Below are positions 38,447 to 48,031 of a DNA stretch of 64,000 bases, piece after piece. The DNA comes from Bdellovibrionota bacterium. GTDB lineage: Bacteria > Bdellovibrionota_C > UBA2361 > JBGSMV01. Where the stretch lies: positions 1 to 64,000 of the forward strand of contig JBGSMV010000024.1 in assembly GCA_041739995.1 (NCBI GenBank), written 5' to 3'. The notes below the pieces were generated by a model that had not been told where the DNA came from, made no database searches, and saw only the letters and a list, made by a program, of their open reading frames with translations. The translations under genes and the position numbers were made by a program. Positions within the stretch are counted from its first letter, which is position 1. Each line of letters opens with the position of its first letter.

Positions 38447-40150
38447 CTAGCTCACGACCTGAAGTTTGTATCTCCTTCCCTCGAGGCCTTTGAAGCGCAC
38501 TTGCCCTGCGTCGTTTGTGGTCCGAACATTTCGGACTCGCAATTTACGAATTCCAAAGCGAGATCTTCTCACCTCCACTAAACGCACTGCGACACCTGGT
38601 ACGATCTCTCCTGCCTCGTTGACCACACGAGCAACGATTCGTGTACGCCCGCTAGAAAGTCGCATCGTTTTGCGTTTTACTCTGAGGCGTGGCTCAGGAC
38701 CCATTGGCGGAGCAATGGTTGGTACCACTGTCGGCGCTGGAGTGTTGATCTGAGGTGTCGGGCTCGGCATCATTGGAGTAGAAGTAGCGACCGGCGTAGC
38801 CGTGGCACTTAAGGTGGTAGACGCGGTCGGGGTCCGCGTCGGGGTTCTGGTGGGAGTACGCGTTGGTGTTCGTGTGGGAGTTATTGTCGGCGTGGGGGTC
38901 GGGGTAGACCCTCCAGACTCGGTGGCTAGGCAAGATCCATAGGTCGCCACATGACTATCAATTTGATTTCGACTACCACTCGAGAAGGAGGTCTGAGCGC
39001 TGGAAACCGAGGGGTACATTACAGAGCGTGGCAATGAGGTGTCGTGGGATGCTGAAAAATTGTGCCCCACTTCATGCGAAAATATCAGATAGTCCAGAGA
39101 TCCAAGACTACCCGTACCACGCATAGTGATACCAGTATTAGAAGACGAGGAACGACAGACTACGCCCACCCACGCGATGCCAGCGACTCCGCTTTGTAGC
39201 GCCCTTCCCGTAAAGAGATGATTCAGATCTCGGCTGCCAGGATGTGGATTCTGCGCCAGAAAAGTTCCGTATTGTCCCAGAAGCGTCGAGGCGTTGTCGC
39301 TTGTCAGAATCGTCGAGGGCGATGTGAGAGATCTAATGCTGGTGATACTAAAGGTCAGTCCCAACTCAGCCCGGTAAATCGCATCAGCTAGATTTACGGC
39401 GTGCGCCATTTGAGTATTAGTGTTGTCGCCATGTCTCTGAAAGTATTCGTAGTCAGCGTCAGTGGCTAGATCGACTACTCGCAAAAGTGTTGCCGCCAGA
39501 ACAATAGGACCACGGTTCGCGCTCTGTCCGCTACCAAGAAGCTGCAGTGGCTTCGAGTTTCCAAAACTATCTTCTGCTCCGCATCCACTGGTGGCAAAGG
39601 CCGTGCTTGGCAAACGAGACACACGACGCTCCAGGATCTTTCCCGCACGGTCGACCTTCAGAATGATGTCATAGAAGCGCTTTGCTCCTGGCAAAAACCG
39701 GTTGCTCGACAGAAAGCTAATACGAACAATGCGATGCGTCTTGCCCTTCACTACCGAAGCAGCAATCGGCGCATATGCACCACCGCCCCGTATTCGATGC
39801 ACGATAGTTCCCTGATAGAGTGTCAGATCAGTGAGATCGCTGATCGCGGTTCCCTTATCAATAAACTTTGCCGCCCAGTTCTTTCGGAGCACACGATTGA
39901 GATGAATTGAGAATCTGCCAAGTCCGGCAGTCCTTCCGCGAAAGCTAAGCGCAACGCGCCCTTCGTGCCTGCGCTGTCGCGCGAGCTCTCCAGGTACTTC
40001 GTCAGTGAGACGATGAAGGTTCGGCTGCACAAAAGTTATTCGAGTCTCAGCAAAAGATTCGCGGATCCAAAGAGAAGCGCATAACAAAATAAGCGCGAAC
40101 GAAAGGCAGATTCGCTGAAAAGCAAAGGGGGGAGTCTTAATAAATGCCAC
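38447..40150 (-). CDS. Secreted reprolysin-like (M12B) zinc metallopeptidase with Pro/Thr linker
   Basis: Signal peptide, CG cysteine-switch-like motif, HLFTG, GIAW, HEVGHNFSASH, Met-turn SVMYP, PT repeats. Confidence 0.9.
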   Translation of the reverse strand: MAFIKTPPFAFQRICLSFALILLCASLWIRESFAETRITFVQPNLHRLTDEVPGELARQRRHEGRVALSFRGRTAGLGRFSIHLNRVLRKNWAAKFIDKGTAISDLTDLTLYQGTIVHRIRGGGAYAPIAASVVKGKTHRIVRISFLSSNRFLPGAKRFYDIILKVDRAGKILERRVSRLPSTAFATSGCGAEDSFGNSKPLQLLGSGQSANRGPIVLAATLLRVVDLATDADYEYFQRHGDNTNTQMAHAVNLADAIYRAELGLTFSITSIRSLTSPSTILTSDNASTLLGQYGTFLAQNPHPGSRDLNHLFTGRALQSGVAGIAWVGVVCRSSSSNTGITMRGTGSLGSLDYLIFSHEVGHNFSASHDTSLPRSVMYPSVSSAQTSFSSGSRNQIDSHVATYGSCLATESGGSTPTPTPTITPTRTPTRTPTRTPTRTPTASTTLSATATPVATSTPMMPSPTPQINTPAPTVVPTIAPPMGPEPRLRVKRKTMRLSSGRTRIVARVVNEAGEIVPGVAVRLVEVRRSRFGIRKLRVRNVRTTNDAGQVRFKGLEGRRYKLQVVS

Positions 40151-40633
40151 TAAATACCTCTATTTCCAGTGGGCCCACCCGCTTAACTGCAAGAAGCAGG
40201 CTAGGCGCCACACTGAACGGAGGTTTGAAGGGAACCCAAATAGCGCTCGTTGACGACTGGGAGCCGCCGCGTCTGGCAAATCTTGCTAACCATTTGAAAG
40301 AATGAGAAATCTGCGTAGGTACGCAACTCGCCATTGGCTGCGCAACGGACGAAGGAGCTGCGGGAATGGCCTCCCATACTGGGGGAGTGCAGTCTTCAAG
40401 CAGAAGCGCCTTCCCCGCGAACTGTCGCTCTCACAACCTGCCGTCACCTCCCCTATTCTCGGCGGGCCGACTAAGTTAAGAACCGTTGATGCGAGGCAAG
40501 AGAGAAGGCATTAGAATTTTAGCTGCGCAAGCGTTCCATCGACTATCGTCTCACGTTGGGCGAGCCGCTCCTTGCGTTTCTTCGCAAGAGACGAAGGAAA
40601 TTTAATCTGCAAATTTACAACTAGGAGAAGCTT

Positions 40634-41281
40634 GTGTTCACAGGAATCGTATCCACAACAGGCAAAGTCATTCAGGTTGAGAAGTCCCATGGGCTTTCGC
40701 GCATTACCGTTTCCTTACCTGCTGGCCTCGAAAGCGCCCTCGCTATTGGCGCGAGCATCTCGATCGACGGTGTCTGTCTAACGGTGACATCCTTTTCCGG
40801 GCAAAACGTATCCTTTGATGTAATGCATGAAACCTTAGTGCGAACCACGCTCGGCACGCTTACACCTGAGGCTTCGGTAAATATCGAACGCTCCACTCAC
40901 TCTGGACAAGAAGTAGGTGGCCACATTTTATCAGGTCACGTTGACTGCACTGCGGAAGTTGCAGAGATTCGATCACCTGCGAATAACTACGTGCTCACTT
41001 TTCGCGTTCCTCAGCAGTGGATGAAGTATATTTTCGCAAAGGGCTTTGTTGCGCTCAACGGCTGTAGCTTGACGGTCACCGATCCAGACTATTCCCTCTA
41101 CACTTTCCAGGTTTGGCTAATTCCCGAGACACTTCGTGTTACCACCTTTGGTGCCAAGAAATCGGGAGATCAAGTGAACCTTGAGGTAGACCGAACGACC
41201 CAGGTAATTGTGGATACCGTCCACTCCTTTCTTGCAACCAATCTGGATGCTCTAATCAAGGGGCATCGGCCGGGCCCCTAA
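40634..41281 (+). CDS. ribE: Riboflavin synthase alpha chain
   Basis: MFTGIV, GASISIDGVCLTV, GGHILSGHVD, KGFVALNGCSLTV, LIPET, VNLEVD (called ribC in E. coli nomenclature). Confidence 0.95.
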   Translation: MFTGIVSTTGKVIQVEKSHGLSRITVSLPAGLESALAIGASISIDGVCLTVTSFSGQNVSFDVMHETLVRTTLGTLTPEASVNIERSTHSGQEVGGHILSGHVDCTAEVAEIRSPANNYVLTFRVPQQWMKYIFAKGFVALNGCSLTVTDPDYSLYTFQVWLIPETLRVTTFGAKKSGDQVNLEVDRTTQVIVDTVHSFLATNLDALIKGHRPGP

Positions 41282-41491
41282 GGGACGAGAGGCCCCAACA
41301 CCCCTTCTGCCGCAGTCTCCTTAGTAGGCTCCTTAGTAGGCTCCTTAGGTAGGCTTTTAGGGCGTCTGATGTTACATATAGCGGCGGCTAATTCGAGTGG
41401 CCTGTTAGATAGGGCAGACCGAAACTGTCTCCCCTAAAGGCTGCTTTGCTTCAGGGAAGCACCTCGGGTCAAGGCCATCAAATTCGACTGC

Positions 41492-42655
41492 GTGAATTTT
41501 ACAAGAGAACTGCACTACCCGCTCATGAACGCCCCACAGTTTCAAATTCTTAGTGGCACGGGTAGCACTACAAGCTTGGTAGTCTCAGGTGTTTGGAAAC
41601 TTTCCGAAGCACCCCCTACCGCCGAGCTGATGCTTGAGGCTATCAAGGCCAGTTCGTCAACGCCTGCAAAGATTTCTATCGCTGCTGAGAATCTCGGATT
41701 CTGGGATAGTTCGCTTTTCGCAGCGCTCTACACCACCGCACGCGAAGTCCTGCACTTAGATATCCCCCTGGAGTACTCAAAGCTTCCCGTTGGCCTGCGC
41801 GGACTACTCACCCTCGCCTTGGCAGTTCCTCGCCGAGAAAGTCCGCCCACTGTCTCAAGCGGAACCTGGCTGTATCGGCTTGGTAAACGAACATTGAGTA
41901 TTATCGATACCTTTCTTTCCGTTGCCCAGTTTATTGGCGAACTCTCTGTTGCTGTCGGGAGTCTTCTCACCGGGCGTGTGCGAATGCGTCGAAATGACTT
42001 CCTAGAGGTGCTACAGCAAGCGGGGCCCGCCGCTCTCCCTATCGTGTCTCTGATAAGCGTGCTGGTTGGCCTCATTTTGGCATACATTGGCGCGATTCAG
42101 CTCAATCAGTTCGGTGCCCAGATTTACGTGGCAAACCTGGTTGGACTTGCCATGTCCCGCGAGATGGCAGGAATTATGGCTGGAATCATTCTCGCAGGGA
42201 GGACCGGAGCTGCGTTTGCCGCCCAACTTGGAACAATGCAGGTGAACGAAGAGATTGACGCCCTCAAAACGCTTGGCGTTTCCCCGATGGAATCCTTAGT
42301 TCTTCCTCGCATGATTGCTCTGGTCGCCATGATCCCATTGCTATGCATGTACGCAATGTTGGCCGGCATCATTGGAGGTTTGATCGTAGGCACCGGAGTA
42401 CTTGGCATTTCACTTCCTCTCTACTTCGAGCAAACCATCAAGGCCGTCAGACTGATGGACATGTTTGTAGGGGTCGGAAAGAGCGTGTTCTTCGGTGCAT
42501 TGGTTGCACTATGCGGCTGTTATCACGGAATGCGTTGCGGTCGAAGTGCCTCGGCAGTGGGAGAGGCCACCACCGCTGCGGTAGTTAGTGGCATTGTATG
42601 TGTAGTCGTTGCGGATGCGGTGTTCGCGGTGATTTGCGATATTATTGGGATATAG
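41492..42655 (+). CDS. mlaE: MlaE-family ABC permease with N-terminal STAS-like domain
   Basis: REMAGIMAGIILAGRTGAAFAAQLGTMQVNEEIDAL, VGEATTAAVV. Confidence 0.92.
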   Translation: MNFTRELHYPLMNAPQFQILSGTGSTTSLVVSGVWKLSEAPPTAELMLEAIKASSSTPAKISIAAENLGFWDSSLFAALYTTAREVLHLDIPLEYSKLPVGLRGLLTLALAVPRRESPPTVSSGTWLYRLGKRTLSIIDTFLSVAQFIGELSVAVGSLLTGRVRMRRNDFLEVLQQAGPAALPIVSLISVLVGLILAYIGAIQLNQFGAQIYVANLVGLAMSREMAGIMAGIILAGRTGAAFAAQLGTMQVNEEIDALKTLGVSPMESLVLPRMIALVAMIPLLCMYAMLAGIIGGLIVGTGVLGISLPLYFEQTIKAVRLMDMFVGVGKSVFFGALVALCGCYHGMRCGRSASAVGEATTAAVVSGIVCVVVADAVFAVICDIIGI

Positions 42656-42868
42656 TAAGTGGCGTAAGTTATACGACTTACTGCATCCGCCGAGCAGACG
42701 CGAGGCCCAGCGACAAATAGTGTTTAAAATGAAATAAGATAGGAAAATGGTCGACTGCCAAAATGAGAGACCCAGAATAGAAGCTTTAAGCCATTTTTCA
42801 AGAAACCAAATAAATGATTCGTAGCACCCGCTGAACTTAGAACTCGCTTATATTTTGTTAGACACTAA

Positions 42869-43639
42869 ATGAGTACAGCAATACGCGTTGATAATCTCAC
42901 CATGGCCTACAGCGGGCGAGTGATCCAACGCGACTTGAACTTTGAGATCTCTCAAGGTGATATTTTTATCATTATGGGCGGAAGCGGCTGTGGGAAGAGC
43001 ACCTTGCTGCGACATTTGATTGGTCTACAAGATCCTGCTGAGGGGAAAGTTTGGTACGGGAATGTCAGCCTAAGCGAGGCCGAGAGCGATGCGCGTGCGC
43101 AAATCATGCGCTCGTTTGGGGTGCTGTATCAGAAGGGTGCCCTGTGGAGCTCCCGAACCTTGGCCGAGAACGTGGCCTTCCCCCTTGAGGAGTACACTAC
43201 TCTTTCGGCCTCAGCGATTTCAGAAATAGTCTCAGCAAAACTCGCGCTGGTAGGCCTTGCTGGCTTTGAAGAATACTATCCGTCTGAAATCAGCGGGGGC
43301 ATGCAAAAACGCGCTGCGCTTGCACGTGCTATGGCGCTAGATCCTGCCATTCTGTTTTTTGACGAACCCTCCGCAGGGCTGGATCCAGTCAGCTCGCGTC
43401 GCCTCGACGAGCTTATCTTAGAGCTGCGTGACTCTCTCGGTGCTACCATCGTAATTGTCACACACGAGTTGGCAAGCATCTTCGCCATAGGGTCCAATAG
43501 CGTTTTCCTTGATCCTGAAACCAAAACTATGTTGGCACAGGGCAGCCCGCGAGAGTTGCTCGACAACTGTCGTGACCGAAGCGTTCAACAGTTTTTAAGA
43601 CGTGGGGAAGCTTCCTCAGAAATTCACGGTGAAACATGA
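42869..43639 (+). CDS. mlaF: MlaF-family ABC ATPase
   Basis: GGSGCGKST, ISGGMQKRAALARAMALDP, FFDEPSAGLDP, VTHEL. Confidence 0.92.
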   Translation: MSTAIRVDNLTMAYSGRVIQRDLNFEISQGDIFIIMGGSGCGKSTLLRHLIGLQDPAEGKVWYGNVSLSEAESDARAQIMRSFGVLYQKGALWSSRTLAENVAFPLEEYTTLSASAISEIVSAKLALVGLAGFEEYYPSEISGGMQKRAALARAMALDPAILFFDEPSAGLDPVSSRRLDELILELRDSLGATIVIVTHELASIFAIGSNSVFLDPETKTMLAQGSPRELLDNCRDRSVQQFLRRGEASSEIHGET

Positions 43640-44553
43640 GCAAGAAAGTAGACCCAACTAAACTTGGAATTTTTGTAGTGGTTGCTTTTGTTCTCGTCGT
43701 CGTGGCGGTGGCGCTGTTCGGGAGTGGACAGATGTTTAAGCGCCCGAATCGATATGTGATTGTCTTTTCGGAGTCGGTGCAGGGCTTGAATATTGGCTCG
43801 CCAGTGAGACTTAAAGGAATTCAACTCGGCACCGTCGTTGACATACAAGCAATATTTCAAGGCCAGAGTAATAGCGTGGCGATCCCTATATATGTGGAGA
43901 TCGACCGCGAACGAATCAAAAATCTCGGAATTCTCGCGCCTTCTGCAGTAGAGCAACAAGCAACACTCTTAAAGGCGGGAATTCGCGCACAGCTAGTGAC
44001 CGATAGCATTGTTACCGGGCAACGTGCGATCTCTTTGGACTTCAGACCGGAAACTCCGGTTCGCCTCGCCAATATCGATCATACCGTCCCAGAAATTTCC
44101 TCGATCCCTTCTCCTCTAGAGGAAATTTCTGAGACCCTTCAAGCTCTGCCTATTCAAGAAATTGTCTCTAAATTTCATGCGACTCTAACCGCAGTCGAGC
44201 AAACAGTTTCGAGTCCTAGCTTCACCGAAGCAATTCAAGCCCTGGGACCTACGCTTAATGAGGTGCGGGAAAGCACCGCAAAAATATCAACTGAGTTGCA
44301 ACCCTTGATAAGAGACTTGCGCAGCAAAGTTGATGCCTTTGATGCCGAGCGAATATTTCGACGACTGGAAGACAGCCTCGCTGCCATTGATACTGCCGCA
44401 TCTGATGTAAGTTCATTAAGTAAAAAGGGATCTACATTCGATGTGAATCTGAATCGCGCCTTGCTTGAAGTGGCCGCTGCCGCCCGGGAACTTCGAGAAC
44501 TCGCCGAAATGTTACAGCGACGTCCTGAATCCCTCTTAACTGGAAAACAGTAG
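43636..44553 (+). CDS. mlaD: MlaD/MCE-domain protein
   Basis: N-terminal TM, FSESVQGLNIGSPVRLKGIQLGTV, coiled-coil tail ending RPESLLTGK. Confidence 0.9.
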   Translation: MSKKVDPTKLGIFVVVAFVLVVVAVALFGSGQMFKRPNRYVIVFSESVQGLNIGSPVRLKGIQLGTVVDIQAIFQGQSNSVAIPIYVEIDRERIKNLGILAPSAVEQQATLLKAGIRAQLVTDSIVTGQRAISLDFRPETPVRLANIDHTVPEISSIPSPLEEISETLQALPIQEIVSKFHATLTAVEQTVSSPSFTEAIQALGPTLNEVRESTAKISTELQPLIRDLRSKVDAFDAERIFRRLEDSLAAIDTAASDVSSLSKKGSTFDVNLNRALLEVAAAARELRELAEMLQRRPESLLTGKQ

Positions 44554-44561
44554 GAACGTAT

Positions 44562-45173
44562 ATGATAAGATGTCTTCTTCTTGCTACTTTGAGCGCAAGT
44601 CTGGCTGGTTGCCTTGGCGCTTCTCAACCATCACATTATTACGTACTCACCCCGACTAAACCTGCCACCAGCCTTGAGTCGCCGCCCCTAAAGGCTGCTT
44701 TCAACTCTCGCCGTACTATTGGAATTGGCCCAATTGAGGTACCCAAATATCTTGATCGTTCTAATTTGGTGACACTCAGCGGCACTAACCAGCTCAACAT
44801 TTCGGAATTTGATACCTGGGCGGAGCCGCTCAACGAGGGACTACAGCGCGTCTTCGTACAAAACATCGGTCAATCATTAAAATCCAATGGAGTGCTGGTC
44901 GTCCCTCACCAGAGCCTGGACGCCCAAGAGCTTCAAGTTTCTGTTGCGATAGATCGCTTCGAATGTGATTCCATGAAAAAATGCTTCTTTCAGTACCGGT
45001 GGGGCATACGAAGTGCCAACACTGCAAATATTTCTCAACCAAGCATGTCGACTCGTGAAGCAACTGCGCCTTCAGCAGTGGCTTCACAACAGGTAGAAAC
45101 CTTAAATCTGCTCGTCGCAGAAGGCAGCAGAGAGATTGCAGAAACACTCTTACGGCATTACTCCTTGCCTTGA
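44562..45173 (+). CDS. pqiC: PqiC-family ABC auxiliary lipoprotein
   Basis: Lipobox LAG-C, YYVL, PKYLDR, WAEPL. Confidence 0.85.
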   Translation: MIRCLLLATLSASLAGCLGASQPSHYYVLTPTKPATSLESPPLKAAFNSRRTIGIGPIEVPKYLDRSNLVTLSGTNQLNISEFDTWAEPLNEGLQRVFVQNIGQSLKSNGVLVVPHQSLDAQELQVSVAIDRFECDSMKKCFFQYRWGIRSANTANISQPSMSTREATAPSAVASQQVETLNLLVAEGSREIAETLLRHYSLP

Positions 45174-45354
45174 AGATTCCTATCAGAACGCGCGCGAAGC
45201 AAAGTTCCACCAGAAGAATACTGGCTACGAAGTTTCCCTACTCGTCTCTCATAGACCCTCGCTTGATTCCTCGTACATTCTCCCATGGAGCAAGGTTGTC
45301 ACTAAGAGGACTAGGGGGGAGAAAAGAAACTCGCCCTTGTAATAGCTAAACTCT

Positions 45355-45669
45355 ATGAACACTCTCAGAAGATCCGCCCCAGACCGCCTGCACTCAGCTG
45401 GCACAAGCATCATCGAGGCGCTGCTGCTGATAGGTTTTTCCGCACTCTTCGTGGTTATGGGTTTAAACATATTTTCTGATGGTGTCACTCGCTCATACTG
45501 CAAAGCTTCAGTCGGGATAGCTGTGGCCGATCAGGGAGGTGGCACTGATGAAGTATCTGGCGGCGGAGGGCAAGCTGTCCGCCCCAAACCGTCAACTAGG
45601 CGCCCTGGAATGACTAACTCGCAGATATTGATTGAGAGCTGCGTAGCAGTAGCTCGAGGTCCAGGCTAG
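45355..45669 (+). CDS. Flp/Tad-type pilin-like protein
   Basis: Class III signal G|TSIIE followed by a hydrophobic helix. Confidence 0.5.
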   Translation: MNTLRRSAPDRLHSAGTSIIEALLLIGFSALFVVMGLNIFSDGVTRSYCKASVGIAVADQGGGTDEVSGGGGQAVRPKPSTRRPGMTNSQILIESCVAVARGPG

Positions 45670-45764
45670 GCCTCCGGAAGGCGAAGGCCCCGGAAGGGGC
45701 CAATGTGGTGGCAAGTCACCCTGCTAAACGCAAGAAGCGTGTCTCCTCGCGGTTAACTTCCTCC

Positions 45765-46880
45765 TCAAGCACATTCCACGCCCTTCTCGCTCTGTCTAAG
45801 CTCATGCAGCTCATTGAAAAGAATTTGCCCCGACTCGCCTAGGAGCGCGCACTCACCTTCCAATCGCCTTAGTGCCTCTAGATTATCCAAAGACATTTGC
45901 AACTTTCTATAGGGAGTAAAGTCTCCCGCGTGGGGGCTGACAGAGACAAAACCAAAGTTGACACATCTCATTGCGTGCTCAGATGCATGCGATGAGCGAA
46001 TAGTTATCTGCGTGCTCTGCTCGCTTGAACAAAAAGACACTGCCGATTCTCTCTCCCAGGCCCATTTACGAGCCGCAATACCATGCTCACCCGCCGTGTA
46101 TTCCAGAAATAGGCTTTGAACCTTAAATGGGAGCGCCGCTGCCACCTTTTCCAACGCATCTGTTATCGAGGATTCGAATCGTACAATCACGGTCCAGCCA
46201 GAAAGCGCATCCATCACCTTAAGCCCACTGATCTTCGCTCCAGACTCTGCGCCTTCCAGGTTCACTTCTTGAGCGAAGAGGTGCCCCAGGCCGAATGGCT
46301 TTAGTAGAGACATGGAAGCGCTCACAGGCTTAAACAGGGCCGCGTAGCTGGATCTGATGCTCGAGGGGTCGAAATCTTGGTCCAATCTGGAAATGAAGCG
46401 CGTCAGCGTCGCATGACTAGCTTTCTTTAAGCGCGCTACGTCAGCCGGACTAAGATCAGGATGTGTGACCTGGTATGACGGGAGCCACTCCGGAATCACT
46501 ACACGGAGCCTCCTCGCACCCTGCATCCCCGTCACTTTTCGTAGAGTCCCTAGCGCAGCCAGAAGTTCGTTGGAGGGCTTTCTCGATTTTCCGGTAGCAT
46601 TGAGCCGAACTTGTCGAACGGTACTCATCAGGCGCGTGGCATGTTTGCGGTGGTAGTCGAACTGATAGCAAAGCGCAGTGAGAATTTGTCCGCGCTCTTT
46701 TCGCCCAGCTTTGTGGTACCGCTCTCGCGCCTCAGAAATAATGCTGAGCTTTTCCGCTCCGGAGCGCTTACGAGCCTGCGTCCTATGAAGCCTATTCTCA
46801 AGCTCAATTCCCACAGCCTCACCAGAGGGCAGTCCCGCGTTGGTATTCGTTAGCAATTCCACAAGCAACCTCTTTGTCAT
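45765..46880 (-). CDS. Degenerate rve/ISNCY transposase homologue (HTH retained, DDE motifs eroded)
   Basis: ERYHKAGRKERGQILTALCYQFDYHRKHATRLM, IPEWLPSY, SHATLTR, DALSGWT and LPFKV align to 4784..5965. The D, DSDNG and VE motifs are absent. Confidence 0.7.
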   Translation of the reverse strand: MTKRLLVELLTNTNAGLPSGEAVGIELENRLHRTQARKRSGAEKLSIISEARERYHKAGRKERGQILTALCYQFDYHRKHATRLMSTVRQVRLNATGKSRKPSNELLAALGTLRKVTGMQGARRLRVVIPEWLPSYQVTHPDLSPADVARLKKASHATLTRFISRLDQDFDPSSIRSSYAALFKPVSASMSLLKPFGLGHLFAQEVNLEGAESGAKISGLKVMDALSGWTVIVRFESSITDALEKVAAALPFKVQSLFLEYTAGEHGIAARKWAWERESAVSFCSSEQSTQITIRSSHASEHAMRCVNFGFVSVSPHAGDFTPYRKLQMSLDNLEALRRLEGECALLGESGQILFNELHELRQSEKGVECA

Positions 46881-47124
46881 AAAGTCTATGAACTGGTATT
46901 CATTCCCAGTTTAAAGACGCAACATAAGGTTACCCTACGCGTTTCTTCTAGAATTTGAGCTTTAGCCAAACGAGATCAAAATCGATATATATTTCGTTAA
47001 TACAAGTGGTTATCTCTACTCGTACCAGCACTTTTGAGGCCGTTTCTACGAAATGTCAAAATCAACCTATAGAATGTTTATTATCCCCATTTATAGGACG
47101 ATAGGTAGAAGGTAGGAATACTCT

Positions 47125-47955
47125 ATGGTCTTAAAGCCTGAACACCTCAAACGTCTAATGCGCCCCATCGTGCGGGCCTTCCTCAGGCACACCTACTCAA
47201 TTCATGACTTTATGGCATTAGCCAAAAGTGTCTTTGTCGAAGTTGCGGAAGAGGAAATCCTCAGTTCAGGAGGCAAACCAAACGTGAGTCGTCTCAGCGC
47301 TATGACCGGAGTCTACCGTAAAGAGGTCTCTCAGATATTTACCAAAAATGCGCCGCCCCTCTACCAAGGTGCAAGCTTGATCGCCCGCGTGCTGTCCGCA
47401 TGGGAGAGCAACAAAAAGTTCAGCAGCTCTCCCGGGAAACCGCGTTGCCTCACCTATGGCACAAGCGACAGTGAGTTCAGCGCATTGGTCTCCTCTGTAA
47501 GCACCGACATTCATGAGGGGACTGTTTTAAACGAACTAAAACGTGCGCGCATGGTTGAGATTACAGAGCAAGGTGCGTGCATGAGCAAACGTGAAGCCTA
47601 TGTACCAGGAGATGTAGATCGCGCCGTCTCTATCATCGCGGGGAACATGGAAAACTGTCTGCGTTCAGGCGAGCAAAACGCACTTTCGAACCCACAGCCA
47701 AGAAACCTTCATTTGCGCACTGCATACGACAACTTATACCTCGACAAGTTGCCAGAAATTCGAGCCTGGGTACTAGAGCAAGGCAGGGATTTTCACCGGC
47801 GCATCAGAGAATTCGTTGCGCCTTTCGATTGTGATCTTGGGATTGATCAAGAGCCCGAGCGTCCAAGCAGGGGACATCTCGTGGTGTCCTCGTTCAGTTA
47901 TAGCGCAACACCCCCTGAGCAATCGTCGTCCGAGCAGACTCTTCCGGCCGAGTAA
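47125..47955 (+). CDS. DUF6502-family protein
   Basis: LMRPIVRAFLR...KSVFVEVA, NVSRLSAMTGVYRKEV, RVLSAW, F..LV, VLNELKR, YDNL. Confidence 0.75.
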   Translation: MVLKPEHLKRLMRPIVRAFLRHTYSIHDFMALAKSVFVEVAEEEILSSGGKPNVSRLSAMTGVYRKEVSQIFTKNAPPLYQGASLIARVLSAWESNKKFSSSPGKPRCLTYGTSDSEFSALVSSVSTDIHEGTVLNELKRARMVEITEQGACMSKREAYVPGDVDRAVSIIAGNMENCLRSGEQNALSNPQPRNLHLRTAYDNLYLDKLPEIRAWVLEQGRDFHRRIREFVAPFDCDLGIDQEPERPSRGHLVVSSFSYSATPPEQSSSEQTLPAE

Positions 47956-48031
47956 GTACATGAGTTTTCGGTTTACGAAAGGCAGCTAGAGCAACACTCG
48001 AGCGCTCTGTTCTCATCACAAGAGGGGCAGG

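Noticed and set aside
38820..38910. Repetitive DNA in the metallopeptidase gene
   Set aside because: It encodes an ordinary Pro/Thr linker (PTRT/PT repeats).
40151..40633. FMN riboswitch upstream of riboflavin synthase
   Set aside because: The conserved AGGGC..GGTG.AATTCC.ACCG core is absent.
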